Below, one piece after another: positions 38,301-50,155 of a stretch of 64,000 nucleotides of DNA; within the stretch, counting starts at the first letter, position 1, and each line of letters opens with the position of its first letter. A model generated the notes under the pieces. It ran no database searches. It was not told where the DNA came from and was given only the letters and a program-made list of their open reading frames with translations. This DNA comes from Geosiphon pyriformis uo1 (taxonomy: Eukaryota; Fungi; Glomeromycota): NCBI GenBank assembly GCA_016748015.1, contig JAAOMT010000128.1, forward strand, positions 751,538 to 815,537, written 5' to 3'. A program made the position numbers and the translations under genes.

Positions 38301-39687
38301 CTGACCAGTTCAAACAATAATTGTCACTGCTGATGGCATGAAAAAGACCCCAGTAGGAGAAATTGACAATTTTCCATTCACTCTTGATGGAATTACTATT
38401 CCAGTCAAAGTTCTTGTAATGGACACACTTCAGTACCAAGCTTTCGTCAGAAATGATTGGCTTCAAAAAGCCAATGCTAATCTGAATTGGAAAACACAAG
38501 AGTTAACAATCTCCTACCAAGGACAACACACCTGGGTACCTGCCACTTGTAGTACATTCAACAAACACTCTGAAAAAGCCCCAGCTTTTGAATTTGAACC
38601 AGAAGAGGAAAAACTCCTCATTGAAACATTCATGGCTCTTGGATCAACGTTCAACTGGGCTGATGAAACAGAACAAGAATATTTTATCCCACATACTAAA
38701 CCCGAAACCTCTGGATAGAATATCCTTTACTCAAAACCCAAACTAAGAAAACAACGCCCCTATATTCCCCTTAAATGTAAGGACTGCCACAAGAAACTAT
38801 CATCAATGGGAGCCTGCATTTTACCTGAAAAAGAATATGAGAATCATACTTGTTATTACTGCAAGACTTGCCACAGAGAATGATGAGGCCATCTTATAAA
38901 AAGGAGCAGAAAATAGGACAACACTCCTTGTTTGACTTGTGGAGATATGCTACCAGAAGAATGCAATTAGATTGATGTAGCCATGAGAGGAAGAGTCTGC
39001 GATCAGACCTGCCAATATGCTTTATCAATTTCAGAAAAAGTAAAAAGAGGAACACTCTTTAATGCAGCATACAACAGTGCTCTCAACAAACTTTATCACT
39101 ACCCCCATGATGCTGAGATGATTTTCGACCTAGCAATGGCATTAATTAATGGAGCTACCAAAAAAAATGTTTGCCAAATGAAGGAAGCAGAATATATTGA
39201 ATACACCATGGAATTAGCTGGATTTGATTACGAAGACGAAGTAGAAGTCTACCACCAAATTGCAAGTCATATCTACCCAATTCAAAAAGCTCAAATTCAA
39301 TGATTAGAGCAAATGAACATTAGGCTATGTGAAGAATGCATTATGTCTTGCGATGAACAGTGGTGTTCTGAATGCTACACTCTTAGTATCCCCTTGTCCA
39401 GCGAAAATGATGAGAACAAAATTGAATTTGGAGAACTTGAAGCAACAGAAGAAATTGAAACAACACCTATCTACCTTATTGAAAATCAGCCTGCCTTACA
39501 ACTTAAATACTTCAACAACAATGGACAAGGAATAAAACCCGAAAAAGCACACAAAATTGATGCTGGATATGACTTAAGATATCCAGGCAAGGATACTCTT
39601 GTTCTCAAACCCAAATCTCCCACAAAAATCAACCTCAAAATTGCACTCGAAATCCTGTCAGGAGCAATGGTTCAAATTACCTCCTGG
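35356..39687 (+). pseudogene. Element A gag-pol, 5' part (N-terminal extension, CA, CCHC, protease, Cys-rich domain, dUTPase N-half)
   Basis: IAKIFEFNGED..PQEWL; CHYCGISGHWKKDC; IRLILDSESARS; PEKAHKIDAGYDLRYP. ORF pieces 37189-39687 are all in one frame, broken by nonsense transitions. Confidence 0.88.
35686..36387. other. Probable scaffolding artefact: N-gap-flanked B-family fragment with a 95-bp duplicated overlap
   Basis: Ns at 35686-35705 and 36368-36387. The insert resembles ~40360-41010, and 36388-36482 exactly repeats 35591-35685. Confidence 0.8.
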
Positions 39688-40565
39688 TGTTATGGGATGG
39701 TTTTCTTATTATATTTAATTGCTGATATCCCATTTTAATTGCAATCAGTCTTTTGTGAGTTCCTCAATTCTATTTGTGTGATAATGTTACTGTTACACTG
39801 AAGGCTTTCTTTTTACTGTTGCAATGTAAGTTATTCTTTAATTCTTGATTGTTGTGTGTGTTTATGTACTTCTTTTTAAAGGCTGAACTGAAATCTACCT
39901 ACTGTCTGGGGTCTTCTCTAAGGCTATCCTTGCAATTGCCTAATGTGTTTCTCTAATTTAGAAACACAGAATGTTAATGGTCTTTAGCGCTTTTCTAATT
40001 CTTACAATAAAGCTTTTATCAATTAGTAACAACGTGAATAATCTTGATCAAGGATTATTCTTCCAAGGAATTCAGTTGATGAATGATAGTTTTATTCAAT
40101 AAATAATACAAGTAAGTTTCTTAATACTTTGGGTTGTAATAGTTCAGTTTTAAATATTCTTTTTCATTTCTTTTTGATTTTTAAAGGTTTCTTGAGATAT
40201 TTAATTTGAAAGTATGATTTAAAGTGGAGTTTGTTGGATAAAATTGGATCTATTGCTTGATAAGTTATGATTTTTTATTACTTGATTGATTATTTCCCAA
40301 TATTAAAACTACTGTATATATATATGTTTGTAGTTCTACGAAAAAACACATTGTAATACTTTCTTTTTGATATTTCAACCTGGTGTTTGCTGCTATTACC
40401 AGTTGGTGTTGGCTGCTATTGTGAACTGGTGCTTGCCACTATCATGAGATGGTGTTTGCTACTATGTTAATCATTACCTTTCTAAGATTATTATTGTGCT
40501 ATATTATGATTGAATAATTTGTATTATTTTTATGATTCTTTTTGCTAAATTCTTAAACCATAACA
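39688..40565 (-). repeat. 3' LTR of element B
   Basis: Matches 49340-50151 and 42532-43335; adjacent to the PPT. Confidence 0.93.
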
Positions 40566-40578
40566 TTATCCCCTCCTT

Positions 40579-41247
40579 TCAAGATTGAGCTCCGTCGAAA
40601 TCGAAGTTAATTTCTTCATTAAATTCTAAGTTACTATAGTGGTTCAATACTGTGTTATTAATTTGTTGTTGTAATTCTTGAAATTACGAGTTGGTAAGTT
40701 GTCCAATACTGTTGGTTGTTATTATGTTCATGGTTGGGTCCAACAATAATTTGTGACAGTTTTCAAATGCTTTGAAAATTCTGTAAACTGTTTTTGAATG
40801 GAATGTAGTGTTGGTTTTTTCAATGAAAGGTTCTAATAGTTGGATAGTTGTTTTGTCAAACACTCTAGTTGAGTCTTTTGAGTATAATGTTTGTATGTTC
40901 AAGTGCTTTCCTAGTTGATAATAACAGTAATTAATTGGAAATTTCGTTTTCAAGTTGCTAAATGTGTCTGGTGTTAATTCACTTATTTTTATTTCTTCCA
41001 TTATTAATGTATTGTCCAATGCTATCTCTAATTTTTCAATAACTTTGCTAATAAATTTGTTGTTATATTTGGCAATATTATATGGTTCGAAATTATGTTC
41101 TTTTCTTGTTTTTGGATTTTCTATTGTTCTTTTTATGTATGTTATTTTGGAGCTATTAACTGTGATTTCTAGATCGGATTTTAATTGTTGTAAGCTTTCA
41201 ACTAATTGTTGAGTTATATTGTTGATGTTTTCTGGAATAAGTATCAT
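40579..41247 (-). pseudogene. Element B ORF3 (unknown function, one internal stop)
   Basis: ATG-initiated ORF between IN and the PPT. Motifs YYQLG, VYRIF and IGQLTNS*F match ORF3 of A. Confidence 0.7.
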
Positions 41248-41331
41248 TGTTTTAATTTTGACTGCTATTTTGGAATTTTTTGCATGCGTTTTTATGATTG
41301 TTAAATCATTTTTGCTGTGATCTAAGATTAA

Positions 41332-43519
41332 TTATCTTTTCGAATAATGTTCAATTAAAACTATTGGTTCTAAATCTCGTGGAATTTGTTCTGGTAGAAT
41401 TAAAAGTAATTGTGTTCCAATTTTGGGTGTTTTTGTTGTTATTACTGGTTTACTGTAATAGAATTTCAGCCGGTTACCATGTGCTGCTTTTCTTAATATT
41501 TTATTATCTAGTCTTAGCTTGTATGCTCCATTTCCAAGTATTTCATGAATATAAAATGGTCCATCCCATTTGTGATCAAATTTTCCACTCCACTGTTTTT
41601 CCATTTTTGTACGATGCAACAATACTTTATCTCCAATTTTGTAGCTAATTATATTATCTGGTAATTGGTTATCATGTCTCACTTTTTGTTGTTTTTGTGA
41701 TTGTTCAATATTTTGTGCTGCTTTTCTTCTTTTGTTTTCTAAAGTTCCCATTAATTCATATGTTCTTCTAAGTAGTGTTTCCTAGAATGTTGCTTCCATA
41801 ATAGTGTTACTTGGATAAGTTGGGATAGTAAGTTCAACTGGTAATATGGCTTTTCTTCCATAAACTAGTTCAAACGGTGTGAATTGTGTAATATTTTGTT
41901 TTACTGTTCTATATGCTAGTAGTACTGTTGGTATGAACAAATCCTATTCTTTTTTATGTTTGTTATTAATTTTCGCCAGTGATTCACATAATGTGTGATT
42001 AAATCTTTCAATTAATCTATTTGTTTGAGAATGGTATGGTGATGACAGTGGTCGCTTGATTCCAAATTTTTGGCTAAGTTCTTTTAAGGTGCTGTTTACA
42101 AAGTGTGTGCCTTGATCTGATAGCAATTCTTGTGGACATCTATGTCGGCAAATTAAGTCTTCATGTACAAATTGAGTTACGGAAATAGCATCAGCTGTTT
42201 TAATAGCTCTAGCTTCTGGCCATTTGGTGAGATAGTCTATGGCTACTGCAATATAATGGTTGTTTCTTGTTGTTATTGGTAAGGGTCCAACTAAATCAAT
42301 TCTGATTCTGTCAAATAGCTGTCCAACTTTTATTGGTTTTAATAATTCCGTTGTTTTTGCTCCTCCTCTTCATTGGCATGGGTCACATTTTTTTATGTAT
42401 TGGATTATGTCTGAACTCATTTTTGGCCAATAGTAACGGCTAGTTGCACATTGAATGGTTGCTGTTTTTCTAAAGTGGTCTGAATGAATATCTGAGTGCA
42501 TGTTAAATAAGATAGTTTCTTTTTTATCCATTGTTACGGGATGGTTTTCTTGTTATATTTAATTGCTGATATCCTGCTTTAATTGCAATCAGTCTTTCAT
42601 GAGTTCCTCAATTCTATTTGTGTGATAATGTTACTGTTACACTGAAGGCTTTCTTTTTACTGTTGCGATGTAAGTTATTCTTTAATTCTTGATTGTTGTG
42701 TGTGTTTATGTACTCCTTCTCAGAGGCTGAACTGAAATCTACCCACTGTCTGGGGTCATCTCTGAGGCTATCCTTGCAATTGCCTGATGTGTTTCTCTAA
42801 TCTAGAAACACAGAATATTAATGGTCTTTAGCGCTTTTCTAATTCTCACAATAAAGCTTTTCTCAATTAGTAACAACGTGAATAATCTTGATCAAGGATT
42901 ATTCTTCCAAGGGATTCAGTTGATGAATGATAGTTTCATTCAATAAATAATACAAGTAAGTTTCTNNNNNNNNNNNNNNNNNNNNAAGTATGATTTAAAG
43001 TGGAGTTTGTTGGATAAAATTGGATCTGTTGCTTGATAAGTTATGATTTTTATTACTTGATTGATTATTTCCCAATATTAAAACTACTGTATATATACAT
43101 GTTTGTAGTTCTACGAGACATTGTAATACTTTCTTTTTGATATTTCAACCTGGTGTTTGCTGCTATCACCAGTTGGTGTTGGCTGCTATTGTGAACTGGT
43201 GCTTGCCACTATTGCGAGATGGTGTTTGCTACTATGTTAATCATTACCTTTCTAAGATTATTACTGTGCTATATTATGATTGAATAGTTTGTATTATTTT
43301 TATGATTCTTTTTGCTAAATTCTTAAACCATAACACTGTGGTTATAACTCTTAATAGATTATCTGGATTTTGTCGATTCCAGTAATAAAGTATGTGATTT
43401 TGGATGAAATAGTGTTTTGCTAATTTTTGGAGCTTAATTAGCTCTTTTACTGGCATTTCTTCATTTATTTGTAGTGTTTCCAAGTATTGGCTGAGATTTT
43501 TGTAAAGATGGTTGTTCAT
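41332..43519 (-). pseudogene. Element B integrase (separate ORF), interrupted by a solo LTR
   Basis: MNNHLYKNLSQYL...; H-H-C-C zinc finger; IDLVGPL; LSDQGTHF; ERFNHTL; WDGPFYI (GPY/F). No chromodomain. Confidence 0.9.
42532..43335 (-). mobile_element. B-family solo LTR inserted in the integrase of B
   Basis: Complete TGTTA...TAACA LTR with flanks CCAT/CTGT. Removal restores the in-frame RVITT-D-KKETI. Contains an N gap at 42966-42985. Confidence 0.85.
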
Positions 43520-43548
43520 TATTGTTGTGGCAGATGGGTTGGTGATTT

Positions 43549-46500
43549 TTATGTGTGTCTCATTCTTGACAAACAGTTGGCATTAGCATTTTTGGTACCT
43601 TCTTTGTATTTGATAATATAATTGTATAGTGCTAATGTTTGTAACCATCTGGCATATTTTCCTTTTAGCGCTTTCTTGTTATTTAACCAGACCAGACCTC
43701 TATGATCTGTTGTAATCTTAAAGGGTTGGTACTGTAAATATGTGTTAAAGTGAACACAACTCCAGACTACTGCTAAGCATTCAAGTTCATGTGCTGTGTA
43801 GTTTTGTTCTGCCGTACTGAGACTTCTGCTGGCATAAGTAATTACACATTCTCTTTCATTATCATCTTTTTGTGACAGAATGGCTCCAAGTTCAGTTCCA
43901 GAGGCATCTGTGGCCAAAATGAATTTCTTGTTGAAATTCGGATAGATTATTATTGGTGATTCAATGAGTTTTTGTCTAAGGTACTCAAAAGCTTTTTGTT
44001 GTGCTTCAGTCCATTCAAACTTCACATTTTTAGATAGTAGGTAATTAAGAAGTTTGGCGATATTTGAAAAGTTTTTTACAAAGCGGTGGTAGTAAGATGC
44101 GAGTCCTAAAAAGCTTCTAACTTCTAAAACGTTTCGAGGTACTGGAAAATTTTTCACTTTGTCTATTTTTGATGGATCTGGTTTTATTCTATCTTTTCCA
44201 ACTATGTGTCCTAAAAATGCTAGCTCATTTTTCCCAAAGAAACATTTTTTTAGATTTAGTTTAAGTCCAGTGTGTCTCAATCTCTCAAAAACTTGTTGTA
44301 AATGTTGGAGATGATCCGTGAATTTTGATGAGAAAACATTTGTATCATTCAAGTAGACAACAACAAATTGCCACAGGATTCTGGAGTAAATTATGTCCAT
44401 TAGTCTTTGGAATGTTGCAGGAGTGTTTGTTAATCCAAATGGCATTACATTGAACTCATAATTGCCATTTTGTGTTGTGAATGCTGTTTTATGTCTGTCC
44501 TTTGGGTTCATTTCTACTTGCTAGTACCCACTGGTCAAATCCAGTGTAGAAAACCATTTTGCTCCTCCAAAAACGTCGAAGATTTTGTCAATTAATGGTA
44601 TTGGGTATGAATCTTTGGTTGTTTTGCTGTTTAGTTTGTAATAGTTGACGCAAAATCTAATTTTTCTATTCTTTTTCCTTACTAAAACAACTGGTAAGGA
44701 CCATGGGCTCATTGATGGTTGTATTATTCCTTTTTCCAACATGCTTTGGACTTCTTCTCTGATAAAATTATGCTCCATTGGTGGAACACGGTAAGCACGT
44801 TGTTTTTCAGGTCTGGCATCTCCAGTGGGGATTTGGTGTTGAACCAAGTTGGTTTTTCCAAATTTGCCATTTCGTGAAAATATATCAGAGTATTTTAAAA
44901 TTAATGCTTTTAATTGTCACTGTTGGTCAGGATCCATTGTTCTAATGTTTAATTTGGCCAATTCTTCTGGCGTAAATTGATAGCATTCTAACAGTTGTTG
45001 CCAATTTATTGAAGTGAGTTCACAGTAGAGGGCAATTTCTGGGAAATTTAGAATTTCTTGTGGTGTTGACATGTTTTCTAGCTCTGTTTCGAGGTATTCA
45101 ATGATGGTATCTTCCAGAATGTAAACAGATTCTTCTGTGATGTTTGCGATAAGAATTTTTATCCATTGAACTTTATCAGCTGGAATAAAAAGGTTAGTAA
45201 GTCCTATGAGAAACTGTTGGCAAGTTTCTGAGTAGGGCTCAAATATTAGGTCTTTTTCTTTAATTGTCCTTTTTATTCTTATTTCTGATTTTCCATATGG
45301 TAGGAGCATGATGGACCACTCATTTTTAATTACTTCGCCTTTTTCCTCTATTGTTTTAGCAAAATTTGCTTCAATTCCTTTTCCTGTTGATCCGAAACCA
45401 AAAGTTCCTCTCGTTGTTTGTAACAATTCCTCACGATTTTCTACTGGCACGAATTTACCAATTTTTACCAATGGTAAAAAAATTGCTTGTGCAATCTTTT
45501 CCTTAGATTCAATAATATAAGGCTTTTCTGAATTGTTCTGTAGCAAAATCATCAAATTTCCAGTGTATTCAGAGTTAATTACTCCTCCTTGAACGCTTAT
45601 TCCTTTTTTCGCGAGGCTTGATCATGATGCTATTTGAACCATTATTTCTGGCAAAATTTCAACCACTATTTTTAGGTCAATTTTGGTGATGCTCCTGAGT
45701 GGTAACGTTGTGAATTGGTCTTCTGGATAACGTAGATCGAATTTGGCATTGGTTGGATGGGCTCTTTCGGGTATTATTCCTAAGTGCCTGTTGTCGAAGT
45801 ATTGGATGTCGGTCACCTGTTCTAGGTCGGTATAGGCTACAAATTTTTCTGACTCGGGACTGTCAGGTGAGTCTTGTTGATTTATTGATTGATTTTGAGA
45901 CTGCTGATTCTCAATTTCCATTTTTTTTTCTAAGTCCCTTTCGTCTTGACACTCTTCACAACACTGATTTTGGCATGGGATGAGACAGTTTTCACAGAGG
46001 TAAGTGTTGATTTGGGCGAGGTATTGTTCTTGCTCTTGTTGAGTGGGGCATAGTTGTTGGTAGTAGTCCTGGAATTTGTCCACTGGGTCAAACATGTTGT
46101 AGCTGGCGACTTTGTCAGCTACTTCGGCTAACTCTTTCCAATGTCGTATTTCTTCGGCGGTTCTTCCTCTTACTTTGGCTTGTGTGGTGTTGTACAACTT
46201 GTTCTTGTCGTGTGAGTAGTGCTGTAGTCTTTTTAACACTCTGTTGAATGCTGCTTCAAATGGTGTTCCTCCTCTTATCCAGTCACAGATGAGGATCGTG
46301 TATTGGCAAGTTGCGTCACACGTTCTTCCTCTGCTTGGTATGTCGTTCCAGTCGCACCCTCTTGGTAACAGTTCTCCACAAGCGAGGCACAGTTCTTTGT
46401 CCCATTTTCCATGTCTTTCTGGGTAACCGTATTTTTCTTTGTTACAATGGTTACAATAGTAGTAAGTGGGGTTTCTTGGGTTTTCATCTGGTGTGCTGCA

Positions 46501-49257
46501 CGCAGTCATAGATGAGAGTTTCTTCTTACAAACTGAGCATTCTAGCTTTGGTCTGTGTTGCTGGTGGTTTCTTTGTGAACTTATCTGGTTTCATTCAGAT
46601 CTTTCTTCGCTGGTCCATGTTGGTACGGTTGGTAGTCCTGTTCTTTGGTCATCAGCCCAAGAGAGCTGATAAGTTTTGATGGCTGGTAGTGCTGGATTTT
46701 CCTCAAATTCGAAGGTAGGTCTTTGGTTGGTGCTGGGTTTTTGGAAGTGGCCACAGGTGGCTGGAATTTTGGCCTGGTGGCCATTATAATTGATCAGAAG
46801 CTTTTGGGTGGTCCAGTCTAGGGTGGCATTGGCTTTTGTTAGCCAGTCATTCTCTACTAATGCTTGATATTGTGTAGTGTCCATTATTAATACTTTTGTA
46901 GGTATTACTATGCCATTAATTTCGAAAGGAAATGAGTTGATTTTGCCATGAGGCAGCTTTATACTTCCATCGGCTGTTATGATTTGGGACGTTGCAGCAC
47001 GATCAACTTTGAAACCCAGTTGGTTTACTAGTTGAAGCATTACAATGCTTCCAGCAGATCCACTGTCTAAAATAAGTTTGATTGGGGTATTGTTTACAGT
47101 GACTTCCGTATACATAGCAGTGATTGGGCATTTTTTGTCTAATGCTGCTCCACTGAACATAGCCTCGTTTTCCTTTAATTCAAAAAAAAAAATAGCTGCG
47201 AGGCTGCTATTTTTGGTGACAACTGCTGGTGGTATTGTCTGGCTCAATTTGGAGGAATTCTTGGTTCTGTTTATGTTTCTACCATCATTGTTTCCGATAA
47301 TCAGATTTTCTGGTATATTAAGGTAAGTTTGTTGATAATTTTGGTAGTTTGGATTGGTTTGCTGATTGATTCCAGCACAGTTTGGATTCCTCTGGACCAA
47401 TGCGTTCTGGTTCCACATGGGCTGATTTCGGGTCTTGAGACGCCAATTCGGGTTGGCTATCATGGGCTGTTGCTGGTAAGCTCCTTGATTTTGATATGTG
47501 GTGGGATATTGGCGTGGTATTGGCGTGTACTGGTTTCTGGGCATTTGGAGTGGTACGTAGTAATTATTTTTATGTGCTTCCTGCATCATTCGCATTCAAC
47601 ATTAACTAATCAAATGTTCTACGCATTTGCAAAAATGGCAGGTGCATGTTTCTGTTCTGAATTTCTAGTGCGACGAGCGATTATTTCGACTGTTACTGAC
47701 TTCCTGGCTGTATCTTTGGGGTGGTTGGTATGTATTTTTTCTCGGATCCAGGATGAGGTAACTTTCTATTTTCTTAGAAAGTTCCTCCCCTAATCACATT
47801 ACTCTTTTTTCTAATGTTTCTGTCTTATTTTCCTCCATTACCATGTTAACCATTTGACTATGGTTAGCTTCTTTCTCAGCCAATTCAAGGGCTCTGGCAA
47901 GCATAACGGCTTCTGGTAAGGAATTAGGGTGGGCAGGGCATACTCTTCCTAAAATGCTGTTTTTTAATCATCTAATAAACTGATTTAAAACCTGAGGATC
48001 AGTGTAGTATCTTTGTTCAATTACTTCAATCTGATGGCAAATTCGATTGAATTGAGCAAGGTATTGGGTGACAGTTTCACTGGTATTTTGCTTAATAGTA
48101 TTGAATTCGTTCTGTAGTTGAATTACGGCATTTGGGTTGCTAAAATACTCCAGGAGTGCATTTTTAAATTTGGCGAAGCTCGTGGGTTTTGTTTTCAAGC
48201 TTTGATATCACGAGTCGGCTGTGTTTTTCAGGAAGAAAAGTAATGTTTGAATTGCTCTTTGGTCGTTCCAGTTATTTGTCTGGATGGCTTTTTGTGCTTC
48301 TCTGAGCCATGTATGCACGTCCGTTTCTTCTTCCTCTCCTGAGAAATCTGTTAGTCTTGTAATGTATGGTGTGATCATTTCGTTGCCGTTTTTTGCTGGT
48401 GGATTTATTGGTCTAAGAGGAGGTGAGATGATATTTCCTTGAGCGTTTCTAAAGATGGCTTCCCTTATATCTGGTTCTTCTTTTTGATCATGAGTTTTTT
48501 GGTTTCTGGACTGGCTGCTTGTTCTAGTAACTGGTCTTGTGATTGTTTTTTTGCTGGTCTCTTTTTCAGATTCTGATTCAGACTCCTCTTCATGGTTTTC
48601 AAACCCCGTTCTAAATTTTGGCTGAAAAAGAGGGTTTTGGAATAGTGATGAATATCCTTCTGTAATTGGTATGTCTCTCCAATTACATTGTTTAATTTTA
48701 TCAGTATAACTAGGAGTTCTTGGCGTTTGTGGAGTTGATGTTGATGATGATGCAGCTCCTAATAGAATTTGTATCTTATTTTCTGGTGAAAAATGGTATG
48801 ATTTATCTTCTGGTGAATAAATATGTTGTTTTTTTATTGATTAAGTAACAGTTTTCTTTGGCGTTTGAGCTGGTGTTCCTAGTTTTTGCTGGTTACTTTC
48901 CTGATTAGTTTCTAAATTTTTTTTGGTTTTGTTGGCGCATTCCCTAGTGTTTTCTGTGAATATTGGAAAATTTTTGTTGGCATATTGCTCAATTTCTTGA
49001 TGAATTTTGACAATAGTTGCGGCTATTACTGCTACTTCTTTTGTAGTGTATTGTGATAATTCTCTATACAATCCAAGTTTTGTATTGTGTAGTTTTTCTT
49101 CCTTTCCTATATAATAATTTATTCTGGCGTTGATATAATAAGTGAGGGTAGATTCTGCTAAACAACACTCTTCTGGTAATCCAAGATCACTTTGATTTTG
49201 TGTGTAAATAGCACAGCAGAATTCAAGAATAGTAAGATTAGGGGTTTTTGTCGCCAC
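43549..49257 (-). pseudogene. Element B gag-pol (N-terminal extension, CA, CCHC, PR, Cys-rich domain, dUTPase, RT, RNase H)
   Basis: LILDSGSAGS; PERAHPTNAKFDLRYP...GGVINSEYTG...RGTFGFGSTG; VMPFGLTNTPATFQR; YLND (YLDD); LATDASGTELGAIL; ends CLSRMRHT*. Confidence 0.92.
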
Positions 49258-49339
49258 TTTTGTCTCTTCCTTTTTAGCAATGAATTATTGCTAATTATTA
49301 TTTCCTTTTTGATTTTCTTTCCTTGTAGGGTTCACCAAA

Positions 49340-50151
49340 TGTTACGGGATGGTTTTCTTGTTATATTTAATTGCTGATATCCCATTTTAATTGCAATCAG
49401 TCTTTCGTGAGTTCCTCAATTCTATTTGTGTGATAATGTCACTGTTACACTGAAGGCTTTTTTTTTACTGTTGCAATGTAAGTTATTCTTTAATTCTTGA
49501 TTGTTGTGTGTGTTTATGTACTTCTTCTCAGAGGCTGAACTGAAATCTACCTACTGTCTGGGGTCTTCTCTGAGGCTATTCTTGCAATTGCCTAATGTGT
49601 TTCTCTAATCTAGAAACACAGAATGTTAATAGTCTTTAGTGCTTTTTTAATTCTTACAATAAAGCTTTTCTTAATTAGTAACAACGTGAATAATCTTGAT
49701 CAAGGATTATTTTTCCAAGGGATTCAGTTGATGAATAATAGTTTCATTCAATAAATAATACAAGTAAGTTTCTTAATACTTTGGGTTGTGATAGTTCAGT
49801 TTTAAATATTCTTTTTCATTTCTTTTTGATTTTTAAAGGTTTCTTGAGATATTTAATTTGAAAGTATGATTTAAAGTGGAGTTTGTTGGATAAAATTGGA
49901 TCTATTGCTTGATNNNNNNNNNNNNNNNNNNNNACATTGTAATACTTTCTTTTTGATATTTCAACCTGGTGTTTGCTGCTATCACCAGTTGGTGTTGGCT
50001 GCTATTGTGAACTGGTGCTTGCCACTATCGCGAGATGGTGTTTGCTACTATGTTAATCATTACTTTTCTAAGATTATTACTGTGCTATATTATGATTGAA
50101 TAGTTTGTATTATTTTTATGATTCTTTTTGCTAAATTCTTAAACCATAACA
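49340..50151 (-). repeat. 5' LTR of element B (contains an N gap at 49914-49933)
   Basis: Adjacent to the PBS; homologous to 39688-40565. Confidence 0.92.
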
Positions 50152-50155
50152 CTGG

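Larger units (their letters stand above)
39688..50151 (-). mobile_element. Ty3/gypsy LTR retrotransposon B nested in the dUTPase of A
   Basis: LTRs 49340-50151 (5') and 39688-40565 (3'); PBS 49320-49337 (TGGTGAACCCTACAAGGA); PPT 40569-40580; TSD CTGG/CTGG. Removing B rejoins ITSW|SFLASKEINVRGGIIDARYTG. Confidence 0.95.

Noticed and set aside
40579-41247. ORF3 as a retroviral envelope protein
   Set aside because: Too short (~220 aa), with no signal peptide, furin site or transmembrane anchor visible.
41332-41500. Chromodomain at the integrase C-terminus
   Set aside because: The tail after GPY/F is short and lacks the aromatic-cage/YLVKW pattern in both A and B.
49320-49337. Assigning the B PBS to tRNA-Ala and the A PBS to tRNA-Thr
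   Set aside because: The geometry fits tRNA 3' ends, but identity requires the host tRNA set, and transitions may have altered the sites.
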